Part shown: positions 20,793 to 29,586 of the stretch, piece after piece
How the letters are laid out: the number at the start of each line of letters is the position of its first letter
Numbering within the stretch: the stretch's first letter is position 1
DNA from: an uncultured Candidatus Saccharibacteria bacterium
Lineage (GTDB): Bacteria > Patescibacteriota > Minisyncoccia > Phycocordibacterales > UBA12088
DNA: 64,000 bases
Direction: 5' to 3'
Assembly (NCBI GenBank): GCA_964409035.1
Contig: CAYPBQ010000003.1
Coordinates: 105,530-169,529, forward strand
Notes under the pieces: model-generated
The model's input: only the letters and a program-made list of their open reading frames with translations
Database searches by the model: none
What the model was told of the DNA's origin: nothing
Program-made: the position numbers and the translations under genes

Positions 20793-20981
20793 AATATAAA
20801 CAATAATATGGTACATAAAGCTCAGAAGGTGCGTTGGTATGAGAACAAGCAAAACGTTGCCCTTGTGCTTGGCTTCATCAGTACAATGATTACATTTCTT
20901 AATTTCCTAGTTGATATAGAATAGCCCAAAATGGCTCACATAGTAGCTTTTCTGCTGTCAAGTGATTACAACTATTGGCAC

Positions 20982-21010
20982 TTGACTCAATAACAAAACA
21001 GTTTTATAAT
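20982..21010 (+). promoter_or_regulatory. consensus sigma70-like promoter TTGACT-17-TATAAT
   Basis: Exact -35/-10 hexamers with 17-nt spacing upstream of the SLT-like gene; a hairpin plus U-tract starts only about 7 nt downstream. Confidence 0.35.
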
Positions 21011-21016
21011 GTAAAC

Positions 21017-21054
21017 ATCTCGAGGTAACCCCCCGAGATTTTTGCTTTTTTATT
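21017..21054 (+). terminator. hairpin plus U-tract (atctcgagg-taacc-ccccgagat-tttttgctttttt)
   Basis: 9-bp stem with 1 mismatch followed by a T-rich run; probable terminator of the zwf-glk operon or a 5' leader structure. Confidence 0.4.
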
Positions 21055-21087
21055 CGGCTAATATATAGGCTTATAATCTTACTTCCA

Positions 21088-21477
21088 TTGTTGTTTCTCG
21101 CTATCTCGACGTTTAATCAGCCTTCAGTGCTTGCTGCACCTACGGATGTGTTTGCCGCAGATGGTGATAACGAACGAGTAGAAGAGATCACGAGAGCGTA
21201 TTTTAGCGATGTGCCAGTAATGGCAGAAATAGCGTGGTGTGAATCTAAGTTTAAGCAATTTGATGAGCGTGTAGGAGGTGTAGAGCGTGGTGACGTAACT
21301 AGTGAAGATGTGGGAGTTATGCAGGTTAATGAATACTTCCACAAAGACGTAGCAGATAAACTCGGACTAGATCTTCATACACTTGGCGGAAATCTTCTAT
21401 ATGCTCGTTACTTGTACGAGAAAGAGGGGACAAAGCCTTGGAACTCATCAAAGCACTGTTGGAAAAATAGAATCTAA
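21088..21477 (+). CDS. small secreted lytic-transglycosylase (SLT/lysozyme-like) domain protein, TTG start
   Basis: CES (catalytic Glu-Ser), GVMQVN, LYARYLYEKEG pattern of the SLT domain; N-terminal hydrophobic signal-like segment; no in-frame ATG upstream, TTG at 21088. Confidence 0.5.
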   Translation: MLFLAISTFNQPSVLAAPTDVFAADGDNERVEEITRAYFSDVPVMAEIAWCESKFKQFDERVGGVERGDVTSEDVGVMQVNEYFHKDVADKLGLDLHTLGGNLLYARYLYEKEGTKPWNSSKHCWKNRI

Positions 21478-21521
21478 TAAAACAACACACCCGTCATACG
21501 TATGACGGGTGTGTTGTTTTA
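21478..21521. terminator. 20-bp perfect palindromic hairpin, bidirectional terminator
   Basis: aaaacaacacacccgtcata-cg-tatgacgggtgtgttgtttt between convergent genes. Confidence 0.55.
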
Positions 21522-21980
21522 TAGGGTTATCTCATTGTTGGTAGGCGTCGCCGGCACTATCGGTTGTGGTGGTGTGCGCCGCATACGATAGTCAACACTT
21601 ATTCTTCCTGGTCCATGCCCCATGATGTAGCAGAGTCCACCAAGTATGGCGATGTTTTTAAACAAAGAGGTATCACTAAATGAATTATGAACAAATAGTA
21701 TTGTAAGGATGGTAAACAGTGCGAGTAATGATGCGCCTATGTGGGTTAGTAACCCTGCAACTAGGAGTGAGCCACAAATAATCTCGATTCCAATGACTAC
21801 ATAGGTAAGTAGGAGTGGATACGGCAAAGAGAGGGAAGTAACTGTGCTTACGACGCTCTCAATCATGTATAGCTTTGCGATTCCTGAAAATAAAAATAAA
21901 GAGCCGATACTTATCCTTCCAATAAGGATATACAGCGTCTCGCATATGCTACAACGGTAGTGTCTGGGCGTGGTGTTCAT
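21519..21980 (-). CDS. DoxX family membrane protein
   Basis: Four TM helices with DoxX-like pattern; start at Met 21980, because the longer 22166 extension overlaps a promoter and a structured RNA region. Confidence 0.65.
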   Translation of the reverse strand: MNTTPRHYRCSICETLYILIGRISIGSLFLFSGIAKLYMIESVVSTVTSLSLPYPLLLTYVVIGIEIICGSLLVAGLLTHIGASLLALFTILTILFVHNSFSDTSLFKNIAILGGLCYIMGHGPGRISVDYRMRRTPPQPIVPATPTNNEITL

Positions 21981-22007
21981 GCATAAAGTATATCGTATGC
22001 TGTGTGT

Positions 22008-22035
22008 TTGACACCAGGAATTGGGGGAGTATACT
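22008..22035 (+). promoter_or_regulatory. sigma70-like promoter TTGACA-16-TATACT
   Basis: Hexamers read directly; drives the structured element downstream. Confidence 0.35.
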
Positions 22036-22041
22036 AATTGT

Positions 22042-22198
22042 GTCGAAGGTCGCGACCCTTCGGCACGTTGATGGCGTTCCCTCCTAGGGGCGGTGCGGGT
22101 GGGGGCGTATTTTTCCCCCATATTCCGAACCGGGTATAGTGACCCGCACCGCCCTTCAGGGCACAACGAGTCCTCCGAAATGGGGGACTCTTTTCTTT
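22042..22198 (+). ncRNA. candidate structured sRNA or riboswitch/attenuator leader (about 157 nt)
   Basis: 5' hairpin cgaagg/ccttcg (22044-22062); 13-bp perfect stem gggcggtgcgggt/acccgcaccgccc (22088-22100 with 22142-22154) enclosing the ggggg...ccccc hairpin; 9-bp terminator hairpin plus ttttcttt (22168-22198); locally GC-rich in an AT-rich genome. Confidence 0.35.
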
Positions 22199-22272
22199 AT
22201 ATAAAATATAAAATAGAGACAAATCAAAAAAAGTAAGGTATAGTCATAACGGCAACTAGAAAGGAGCATAGT

Positions 22273-22377
22273 ATGGATTATGAAGTAACTCTTCCGGAGA
22301 CTGTAATCTTCACAATTGCAAGGATGACATTGGTCGTACTTGCATTTGCCTTCGTTATAAAGCAAATACCAACATAA
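22273..22377 (+). CDS. small membrane peptide (34 aa, MDYEVTLPETVIFTIARMTLVVLAFAFVIKQIPT)
   Basis: Strong RBS aaggag 7 nt upstream of ATG; single TM helix; below the ORF-track size cutoff. Confidence 0.4.
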   Translation: MDYEVTLPETVIFTIARMTLVVLAFAFVIKQIPT

Positions 22378-22504
22378 AAACATCAACAAATTTGCCGCAC
22401 CAATGATCTGCATGATCACATGGAGCGGTATTTTTTTGATTAAAAGAAGCATGGAAGCATGTGTGGGGACGAATAGCAACGCACAAAACATCTAATAAAA
22501 AATG

Positions 22505-22534
22505 AACCCTGCAAGCGTTTTGGCTTGCAGGGTT
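22505..22534 (-). terminator. intrinsic terminator of the GC-rich island operon (aaccctgcaagc-gttttg-gcttgcagggtt)
   Basis: 12-bp perfect stem followed on the minus strand by a U-run. Confidence 0.5.
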
Positions 22535-22550
22535 GTGACTGCCTGTTTGA

Positions 22551-22943
22551 CTAGCAGTCCGCGTAGGCGATCGGTCCGGCCTGGCACTGAATCTGCACCA
22601 GCATCGGTTCCGCCGGTGGCTTTCCCACCACGCCCTTGCAGCAGTTGAAGAAGGTGAGCTCCAGGCCGTGGCAGAAGTGCTTCGACGCGAGGGAACGGAG
22701 CGCGTCACCGGCGTGGATGCGAGTGAGTTGCTTGCCTATATCCGATGCCGGATCTTCGAGCCAGTCGGCGCGTCCGCCGTTGTTCTTGGCCTCGTGCGCC
22801 TTGCTGTGAAGCAAGGCGAGAGCCGGACCGAGATCGCGACGCATGGCTTCCACAAGAACAGACTCTTGCTGCTCTGCGGAGAGCACACCGTGGAGGTTGA
22901 TGCCCATTTCTTGGGCGACCGCAGTAATGGACGGTAGAGACAT
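22551..22943 (-). CDS. hypothetical Cys-rich protein (130 aa) in a GC-rich island
   Basis: High GC3 codon bias (about 75%) supports this frame over antisense ORFs; C-terminal FCHGLELTFFNCCKG...CQAGPIAYADC suggests metal or Fe-S binding. Confidence 0.5.
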   Translation of the reverse strand: MSLPSITAVAQEMGINLHGVLSAEQQESVLVEAMRRDLGPALALLHSKAHEAKNNGGRADWLEDPASDIGKQLTRIHAGDALRSLASKHFCHGLELTFFNCCKGVVGKPPAEPMLVQIQCQAGPIAYADC

Positions 22944-23033
22944 AAGAACTCCTGTTTCGAATGAGCTATTACTGAGCGCACCATGCGACCAGCGTTTAAT
23001 CCTGCTTTGAAGCAGAACTAAACGCCGGCAACA

Positions 23034-23708
23034 CTAGGCGACAGCCGCAAAGATTGCCTCAACTGCACGAGCTGTATCAGCCTCCATGCCCGCGACTTTG
23101 TTATCAACGATGATGTGAGCGATGTTAGCAATCTCTAATTCCTTTTTTATTTGCTCTGCAACACGAGCGCTATTCACGGTCGGCTCACGCACTATGACAG
23201 CCAAGTCGACACCCGAGAGGATTCCTGTGGCAACTGGGTCAGTGCCGGCACGCTCATCTATCACAACCGCCTCCAAAGGATTAAGAGCAAGAAGCGGAAG
23301 ATAGACCTTGAGTGGGGCAGTAAGCGAATGACTACATGCTTCTTGCGAACGAACACGATCAGTATGTGGGCCAGCAGTCATGATGCGAAGGCTGTCACTC
23401 AATTTCACTGACACACTTGCGGTGTACTCATCCACAGGCTTAATAGTGAAGGTGACACCGTTTCTCTTTGCAACGCGTAGAGCTTCAAGATACGTATCTT
23501 CACGCTTAGAACCAACGTACCCCTTGATGTGCTCAGGATCACTACCAAGAAAATTGGAAGGCTCTGCACCTAGGTTGTAAGATAAGTCCATGTTGTGGTC
23601 GGCGTCGATAGCGAGTACATGCACATGGCGCGAGCAAAGCTCTCTGACAAATGCAGTAGCTATCGTTGACTTACCTGAACCACCCTTGCCGAGAAATGCT
23701 ATTTTCAT
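23034..23708 (-). CDS. CooC/MinD-family P-loop ATPase (deviant Walker A; nickel-insertion accessory ATPase-like)
   Basis: MKIAFLGKGGSGKSTIA deviant Walker A at the N-terminus followed by VLAIDADHNMDLS (CooC: AIDADPDANL); start at internal Met 23708. Confidence 0.7.
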   Translation of the reverse strand: MKIAFLGKGGSGKSTIATAFVRELCSRHVHVLAIDADHNMDLSYNLGAEPSNFLGSDPEHIKGYVGSKREDTYLEALRVAKRNGVTFTIKPVDEYTASVSVKLSDSLRIMTAGPHTDRVRSQEACSHSLTAPLKVYLPLLALNPLEAVVIDERAGTDPVATGILSGVDLAVIVREPTVNSARVAEQIKKELEIANIAHIIVDNKVAGMEADTARAVEAIFAAVA

Positions 23709-23784
23709 ATACAAGTTGGGGTAAGACAAAGGGTGATTTTGGCACCGATGGTGGCAGCGAATGTAATAACTACTGTCATATTGG

Positions 23785-23853
23785 CATACGCAACTTTGTT
23801 GCATTTAGAACTGTACACGATATAAGTCATAATTGCAACTTATTTGCATTTAT
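23785..23853. promoter_or_regulatory. tandem operator-like repeats (GCAACTTTGTTGCATTTA and GCAACTTATTTGCATTTA) in the fur-cooC divergent region
   Basis: Two 19-nt near-identical direct repeats, each with an internal TTGCAA/TTGCAT dyad, 20-85 nt upstream of the Fur-family gene. Confidence 0.35.
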
Positions 23854-23870
23854 ATTAGAATAACTACGTT

Positions 23871-24299
23871 ATGAAAATTCACGAGCCAGACTTCAAGGCA
23901 CTCCTAAACAAAATAGGCCATAAGGCTACGTCAGGACGCATTCTATTGCTCCGCACGCTATGGGAAGAAAGCAAACCTATATCCGTAGATGACCTTCAGA
24001 AAAGAATGAAAGGGAAGTCTGACAAAGTAACTCTATACCGTAGTCTTGAATCATTTGTTAAGTCAGGCGTCGTTCGATCACTAGACTTTCGCCATGGGCA
24101 CATCTATTACGAGCTAGATGTTTTACGTGACCATCATCACCATATTGTCTGCACAATCTGCGGATCGGTGGAAGATGTTAAGGTTTGCGATTCAGAAAAT
24201 CTTGAAAAAAGTGTCCTTACAAAATCGAGAAAGTTCAGAGTCATAAAGAGCCACGCACTCGAGTTCTTCGGGGAGTGTACTAACTGCTTTAAAGTGTAG
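23871..24299 (+). CDS. Fur family transcriptional regulator (Fur/Zur/Nur/PerR-like)
   Basis: Winged-helix N-terminus, HHHHIVCTICG...C metal-site motifs, C-terminal CxxC. Confidence 0.8.
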   Translation: MKIHEPDFKALLNKIGHKATSGRILLLRTLWEESKPISVDDLQKRMKGKSDKVTLYRSLESFVKSGVVRSLDFRHGHIYYELDVLRDHHHHIVCTICGSVEDVKVCDSENLEKSVLTKSRKFRVIKSHALEFFGECTNCFKV

Positions 24300-24613
24300 T
24301 ATCTAAAATGCCGCGCTATCTGAATGTCAGGCACTCTTCATGATGGGGAACCCACAGGATACTTGATATATAAGATTCTATAGCGTCGCACAATATATCT
24401 TTTCCGTCATTAAAATCGAATCATTTATACATAATGCCGATTCAAAATACCTATCCTAGCTAATGCGTATCCCGCACATCTAGGTTTGTATTACTACAAA
24501 GTGTCTAAGGTGTAGTACGGACTATGGCGAGTCACTTTAATGTACTGCTTCATCTCCCCTCAAATTACAACAAGGAAAAATCAATTACAATAAATAAGAA
24601 ACTAGTCTAGGTA

Positions 24614-26014
24614 TTACATCAAGAAATCCAATGGATTGAGATAGGCGTTGTGGGCTGCTACAGGTATAATCGCTCCACCTTTTGAGCATGCGGTAGTTGG
24701 AGCGACTCCGCTCTTTTTGTACCAATCGCCGAGGTTCATTACCTGTACGCCCTTGGTCGCAAATACGCTGTAATGTAGATGAGGGCCTGTTGAGTAGCCT
24801 GTATTACCAGAGTATCCAACAATGCCTCCATTATCAACTGCTTGTCCTGGGTTAACGCTAATGACTGAAAGGTGCGCGTACAAAGTTGAGAGTCCATTTT
24901 GATGCTCTACCAAAACCCACTTACCGTAGCTGTAGCAACCACGGATTGAATCAGTGTTGCCGGTGGCAGTAACTCTGCCTGATAGTGATGATCGAATCTT
25001 TGTCCCAAGTGGAGCTCTAAAGTCTATTCCATTATGCCCCTTGCCACTGTAGGCGCCGCTCTTTGCAAAGGATGTATTACCAAATAATTGCGTAATGCAA
25101 AAACTATTTTTTAGTAATTTTTCAAAGGATGCACAACCACTCATATAGTCTGGAGAAAATGGCCAACTAAGTGCTCCACTACCTGATGCAGGAATTGAGC
25201 TAGGGTCCAAGATAAATTTAAGCTCGCTTTCGAGTGCGACTATTTCAGCTTCTAGCTTGTCATAGGCGTCCTTTTTTTCTTTAAGGAGCGCTTGGTACTT
25301 AGACTCTTGATTTTGTGTTACAGAAAGTATGCTGGTTTTTTCTTTCCGTGCTACATCAAGCACTGATTTTTCGTCAGAGAGTTGTCGTTTTAGTCCTGTA
25401 AGCTCCTGTGCCTTTTCTTCCTCTTCAAGTCGAATATCTTTAAGGCTTTGGGTAAGTGTCATCAGTTCCCTCACGTGTTCGCGAACGGCGCCTTCAAATT
25501 GCTGAATAGAATCTTCTTGCTCCCAAAATTCGATTAGATTATCGTGCTTAAGTAGTGCTTCTAGGAGTGATTCATCAGAGAGACGGTCTATCTTTCTAAT
25601 TGATTCTGATACCGCATTTCTGTCCATGATTATTTGACCCATCTTATTCTCAATTTGTTTTGAGAGTGACTGGATCTCTGATTGCGTTTTTCCTATGTTG
25701 CTTTCTGTGTAGCGTATTTCTGTGGTGATTTTATTTCGTGAAATGTCTAGCGTCTTTACAGAATTTTGCAATGTCTGTTTTGCTTTACCAACTTCTACAA
25801 GCTGAGTCTCGTACTGTTTAATTTCTGCTTCAAGCTCCTTTAACTTAGCGCTAGTATTCTCGATTTTTGACTTAATTTCCTCAGCTTCTTTTGGAAGTGT
25901 TGATTCTGAGGTGACAGCTTCTTCCGTGGTATTGCTTTGCGCAAAGAGTGTCGTGCTATACGACATCATCATCACGGCTATAAGAAATATGACTAGGGAA
26001 TTGTGCGTTCTCAT
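24614..26014 (-). CDS. M23 family metallopeptidase (LytM domain) with N-terminal coiled coil, EnvC-like
   Basis: Signal/TM, long coiled-coil region, C-terminal HxxxD...HLH M23 motifs (GIDFRAP...GNTGYSTGPHLHY). Confidence 0.8.
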   Translation of the reverse strand: MRTHNSLVIFLIAVMMMSYSTTLFAQSNTTEEAVTSESTLPKEAEEIKSKIENTSAKLKELEAEIKQYETQLVEVGKAKQTLQNSVKTLDISRNKITTEIRYTESNIGKTQSEIQSLSKQIENKMGQIIMDRNAVSESIRKIDRLSDESLLEALLKHDNLIEFWEQEDSIQQFEGAVREHVRELMTLTQSLKDIRLEEEEKAQELTGLKRQLSDEKSVLDVARKEKTSILSVTQNQESKYQALLKEKKDAYDKLEAEIVALESELKFILDPSSIPASGSGALSWPFSPDYMSGCASFEKLLKNSFCITQLFGNTSFAKSGAYSGKGHNGIDFRAPLGTKIRSSLSGRVTATGNTDSIRGCYSYGKWVLVEHQNGLSTLYAHLSVISVNPGQAVDNGGIVGYSGNTGYSTGPHLHYSVFATKGVQVMNLGDWYKKSGVAPTTACSKGGAIIPVAAHNAYLNPLDFLM

Positions 26015-26016
26015 AG

Positions 26017-27351
26017 TTACGAAAGTTGTGAGATAGCATAGTCAATCCTCTTAATCGCTTCGTCCTTCCCTATTGCTTCAGTTATAGTAAACGGATCAGG
26101 GCTCTGCTCCTTACCTGATAGTGCGGTTCTCATTGGCCACAGCACATTACCCCGCCCCATTTCTGTTGCGTAGTCCCATATCGCGCTCTTAATTGTTTCT
26201 TTTGTATATGCAGATATATCCAAGTCCTCTAGTATTACTTTTACTTTGCCAAGATGTGTACGTGCAACTTCCCTTTCAATCTTTCCTTTCATGAGTAAAA
26301 TGCTTGGATCATATGTTGGTGCATCAGTATAGAAAGAAAATTCACCCGCCTCTTCCATTGTTGTTATAAGAGGGATACGAGTTACTCGCTCTAGTAGGTC
26401 TGTATACGCCGCGTTGCTTCTTTTAAGAACATCACAAAGTGCTTTGCTTGCATGCTTTTCAATATCTGAGAGGTTCTCTTCCTTTGAGCGTTTTGCGAGG
26501 TAGTGTGCATTGAACCAATTAAGTTTTTCTATATCAAATACTCCCGCTCCCTTTTGTAGACCCGATATGTCAAAACGAGCAATAAGCTCTTCAACTGAAA
26601 AGAATTCTTCATCGTTTTTTGGGCTCCATCCAAGCAGTGCAAGATAATTTATAATTGCCTCTTTTAGATAGCCCATGTCTCTGTATTCTGTAATTGCTAC
26701 TGCGCCATGGCGCTTAGATAGCTTGGTTTTGTCCGCAGCTAATATAAGTGAGAGGTGCGCGTATATGGGCCGAGGAAAGCCAAGTGCCTCTTGAATGAGT
26801 ATTTGTCGTGGTGTGTTTGCTATATGGTCATCTCCACGAATTACATGTGTGATTCCCATAAGGTAGTCATCAACCACAACCGTAAAGTGATATAGCGGAC
26901 TATCAATATCTCGGGCGATAACCATATCACCTAAGTCGGTAGTATCGACTGAAATATCACCTCGAACGGCATCGCTAAAGGTGAGTGTGGTATTGGTATT
27001 CCTAAGGCGTACCACCTCCACCATTTCTCCGGGATTCATTTTGCTTTCCTCCTTGGAGAGATATGCTTTATCTGATGCTATTAGCGTTTCAAGGTATGGC
27101 TTGTACAGATCATTTCGCTCTGATTGGCGATACGGGCCTTCGTAGCTTATACCAAGCCACGCAAGTGCTTCAATGATATTCTCCTCATACTCCTTTTTGC
27201 TGCGTTCTCGGTCGGTATCCTCTATGCGAAGCACGCAAGTCCCCTTTTGATGCATTGCAAAAAGGTAGTTAAACAAAAGAGTTCGGACGTTACCGATATG
27301 AAGAAGTCCTGTTGGACTTGGCGGCATTCTGGTTTTGGTAGTGGTACTCAT
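26017..27351 (-). CDS. gltX: glutamate--tRNA ligase
   Basis: MPPSPTGLLHIGNVRT (HIGH), KLSKRHG (KMSKS). Confidence 0.9.
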   Translation of the reverse strand: MSTTTKTRMPPSPTGLLHIGNVRTLLFNYLFAMHQKGTCVLRIEDTDRERSKKEYEENIIEALAWLGISYEGPYRQSERNDLYKPYLETLIASDKAYLSKEESKMNPGEMVEVVRLRNTNTTLTFSDAVRGDISVDTTDLGDMVIARDIDSPLYHFTVVVDDYLMGITHVIRGDDHIANTPRQILIQEALGFPRPIYAHLSLILAADKTKLSKRHGAVAITEYRDMGYLKEAIINYLALLGWSPKNDEEFFSVEELIARFDISGLQKGAGVFDIEKLNWFNAHYLAKRSKEENLSDIEKHASKALCDVLKRSNAAYTDLLERVTRIPLITTMEEAGEFSFYTDAPTYDPSILLMKGKIEREVARTHLGKVKVILEDLDISAYTKETIKSAIWDYATEMGRGNVLWPMRTALSGKEQSPDPFTITEAIGKDEAIKRIDYAISQLS

Positions 27352-28484
27352 GCCTCGTGTTCTAGTGCAATGTCTATTAATTCATTCGCGATTTTATTAG
27401 CGGCATCTGGCTTTTGAAATTGCCGTGCAGATATCTTCATACTTGCTTGTATTTCGGTATGCTCGATAAGTCGAGCAAGTTCTGCAAGAAGTACATGTGG
27501 AGTAAGATTTCCTTGCTCTATTACCTCTGCAGCACCCGTTTTTGCGTAGGCGTATGCGTTTTTCCTTTGGTCACGACTTATATCCTCAGGTATTGGAACT
27601 AGTATTGCCGGTATTTCCCAAGAGGCAATCTCATAGATAGTACCTGATCCTGCTCGCGACACCACCACCGCTGCAATACCGGCTACCATTCTAAGTGCTA
27701 GCTCTCCAAGATATGCAAATGGCTTGTACCGAGCAGCATATTCATTATTCTCAAGTATCACTTTGGCAGCACCTGCTGTCTGGGCAAATAATGCCTCACC
27801 TGTTTGGTGGATAATTTGATACTTTGCTACAAGATCAGGTAATGCCTCAAGGATAACATCATTTATAGCTAGTGATCCTTGTGAGCCACCAATAATAAAT
27901 ATGGTGGGTATAGATGGATCAAGTCCAAGGTACTCACTCCCTCCCTCTCGTATAGGCTTCAAAATATCTTTACGAATTGGATTACCTACGAACGCGATTT
28001 TGTCCTTGTACTCCTTGAAGTAATCTATCGCCTCTGGGTACGAGATGCCTATTCGCACTGCGTATTTAGCAGAATACAAGTTAACCCTTCCTGGGACCGC
28101 GTCAGAGTCGTGAATAAATATTGGAATCCTAAGCATGCGCGCGGCAATAATTATAGGAAAGCTTACATACCCACCCTTACTAAACACCACATCAGGGTAA
28201 ATCTTAAAAAGGAGAAATGTAGACTTAATAATACCAGCAATTGTTTTTACGGAATCAAATATATTCCTAATAGAAAAATAGACTCTAACCTTACCAGCTG
28301 GTGAACGTCTAAATTGTATGTTCTTCTCAAAAAGAACCTTTTCATCGTATGGTGTGTCAGCTATGTAGTAGAGCTCGGGAGTGAGCAGGTTCCGTTTCTC
28401 AGAAATAGCCATTATTTCTTCAGCTACCGCGATAAGCGGATAGAAATGCCCACCTGTTCCTCCTCCGGTAAGTACTATTTTCAT
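27348..28484 (-). CDS. murG: undecaprenyldiphospho-muramoylpentapeptide beta-N-acetylglucosaminyltransferase MurG
   Basis: MKIVLTGGGTGGHFYPLIAV N-terminal signature; GT28 family. Confidence 0.9.
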   Translation of the reverse strand: MKIVLTGGGTGGHFYPLIAVAEEIMAISEKRNLLTPELYYIADTPYDEKVLFEKNIQFRRSPAGKVRVYFSIRNIFDSVKTIAGIIKSTFLLFKIYPDVVFSKGGYVSFPIIIAARMLRIPIFIHDSDAVPGRVNLYSAKYAVRIGISYPEAIDYFKEYKDKIAFVGNPIRKDILKPIREGGSEYLGLDPSIPTIFIIGGSQGSLAINDVILEALPDLVAKYQIIHQTGEALFAQTAGAAKVILENNEYAARYKPFAYLGELALRMVAGIAAVVVSRAGSGTIYEIASWEIPAILVPIPEDISRDQRKNAYAYAKTGAAEVIEQGNLTPHVLLAELARLIEHTEIQASMKISARQFQKPDAANKIANELIDIALEHEA

Positions 28485-29581
28485 GCAATATATCGAGAAA
28501 CATTAAGAATTATACCAACCTCAGCAAGTGTGATCAGCATTGCCGTACCGCCGTGGCTTATAAACAGTAGCGGAACTCCCGTTAATGGCACTATGCCAAG
28601 CATTGCCGCGATGTTGATAAATGACTGAGACACTATAAGTATAACAATACCCGTTACTATGAGTCCACCGTACATATCTGGAGCTTTTGAAGCAATCACA
28701 AGTCCTCTATAGCAAAACAACAAAAACAATAATACGAGAAGCACTCCCCCTACAAAACCAAATTCCTCCGCGTAAACAGAAAAAATTGAGTCGCCGATTG
28801 GCTCTGGTAGGTAATTAAATTTTTGTACACTTTGCCCAAATCCTCGTCCAAACATACCGCCGGAGCCGATAGCAATAAGAGATTGATCTATTTGATACCC
28901 GCTACCTAACGTGTCATGGCTAGGATTAAAAAATGTCATAACGCGAGCCCTCGCATAGTCTCGAGACATAATAAGTCCGCTGAGTGCGGTTATTGCAATC
29001 AAACACACAATAACAATGTCTCGCGCTCTTGCCCCAGCAACAAGGTACATAGCACCAGCTGCAGCAAGTACCGTTAAGAAAGTTCCTGTATCAGGCTGTA
29101 ATAGAAGAAGCACTCCCACGCCTCCGGTACCAACAAGTAATGGCGCAATGCCGTATTGAAAAGTATGCATCTGTGCTTTGTATGTGGTTAACCACCACGC
29201 ATAAAAAAACACAAAGCCAAGCTTGAGGAACTCAGATGGCTGCATGGAAAATCCTAGGATATGTACCCATCGCTTTGCTCCCCCATGCTCAAAGCCAAGA
29301 CCAGGCACAAAGACAAGTATTGTTGCAAAAATGGAGAGTATAAATAGTATCAGTGCAAATTTTTTCCAATAGACGTAATGGATTCTTGATGTGATATATA
29401 GCGCAATACTGCCGCCAATCATACCAAGCACAATTTGGTTAAAGGCAACACTTGAAAATGATGCCCCATCTCGAGCGAGTAGTCCTAGCGATGCGGAGGT
29501 AAAAATAAAAAAACCTATACCGACAAGGAGTGCCACTACTATAAAAAATGCCTTGTCAAAAGGTTTTTCGGACCGTCTCAT
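28481..29581 (-). CDS. ftsW: SEDS family peptidoglycan polymerase FtsW/RodA
   Basis: 10-TM SEDS pattern, overlaps murG by 4 nt. Confidence 0.85.
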   Translation of the reverse strand: MRRSEKPFDKAFFIVVALLVGIGFFIFTSASLGLLARDGASFSSVAFNQIVLGMIGGSIALYITSRIHYVYWKKFALILFILSIFATILVFVPGLGFEHGGAKRWVHILGFSMQPSEFLKLGFVFFYAWWLTTYKAQMHTFQYGIAPLLVGTGGVGVLLLLQPDTGTFLTVLAAAGAMYLVAGARARDIVIVCLIAITALSGLIMSRDYARARVMTFFNPSHDTLGSGYQIDQSLIAIGSGGMFGRGFGQSVQKFNYLPEPIGDSIFSVYAEEFGFVGGVLLVLLFLLFCYRGLVIASKAPDMYGGLIVTGIVILIVSQSFINIAAMLGIVPLTGVPLLFISHGGTAMLITLAEVGIILNVSRYIA

Positions 29582-29586
29582 ATATG

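Noticed and set aside
21519-22166. Long 215-aa version of the DoxX ORF
   Set aside because: The N-terminal 62 aa would be translated from the promoter and structured GC-rich RNA region on the opposite strand and are Arg/Pro-rich. The internal Met at 21980 gives a canonical-length DoxX.
22042-22198. Structured element as tRNA, SRP RNA, RNase P, tmRNA or 6S RNA
   Set aside because: It has no 7-bp acceptor/T-loop GTTCRA pattern, no SRP domain IV GGAA/AGCA loop motifs, and it is too short for RNase P or tmRNA. It is left as an unclassified structured RNA.
22355-22984. Alternative ORFs in the GC-rich island (22355..22708 -, 22668..22937 +, 22736..22984 -)
   Set aside because: They are Arg/Ser-rich out-of-frame or antisense readings typical of high-GC DNA. 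The 22551..22943 minus frame has consistent high GC3 and sensible composition, and it is bounded by a terminator.
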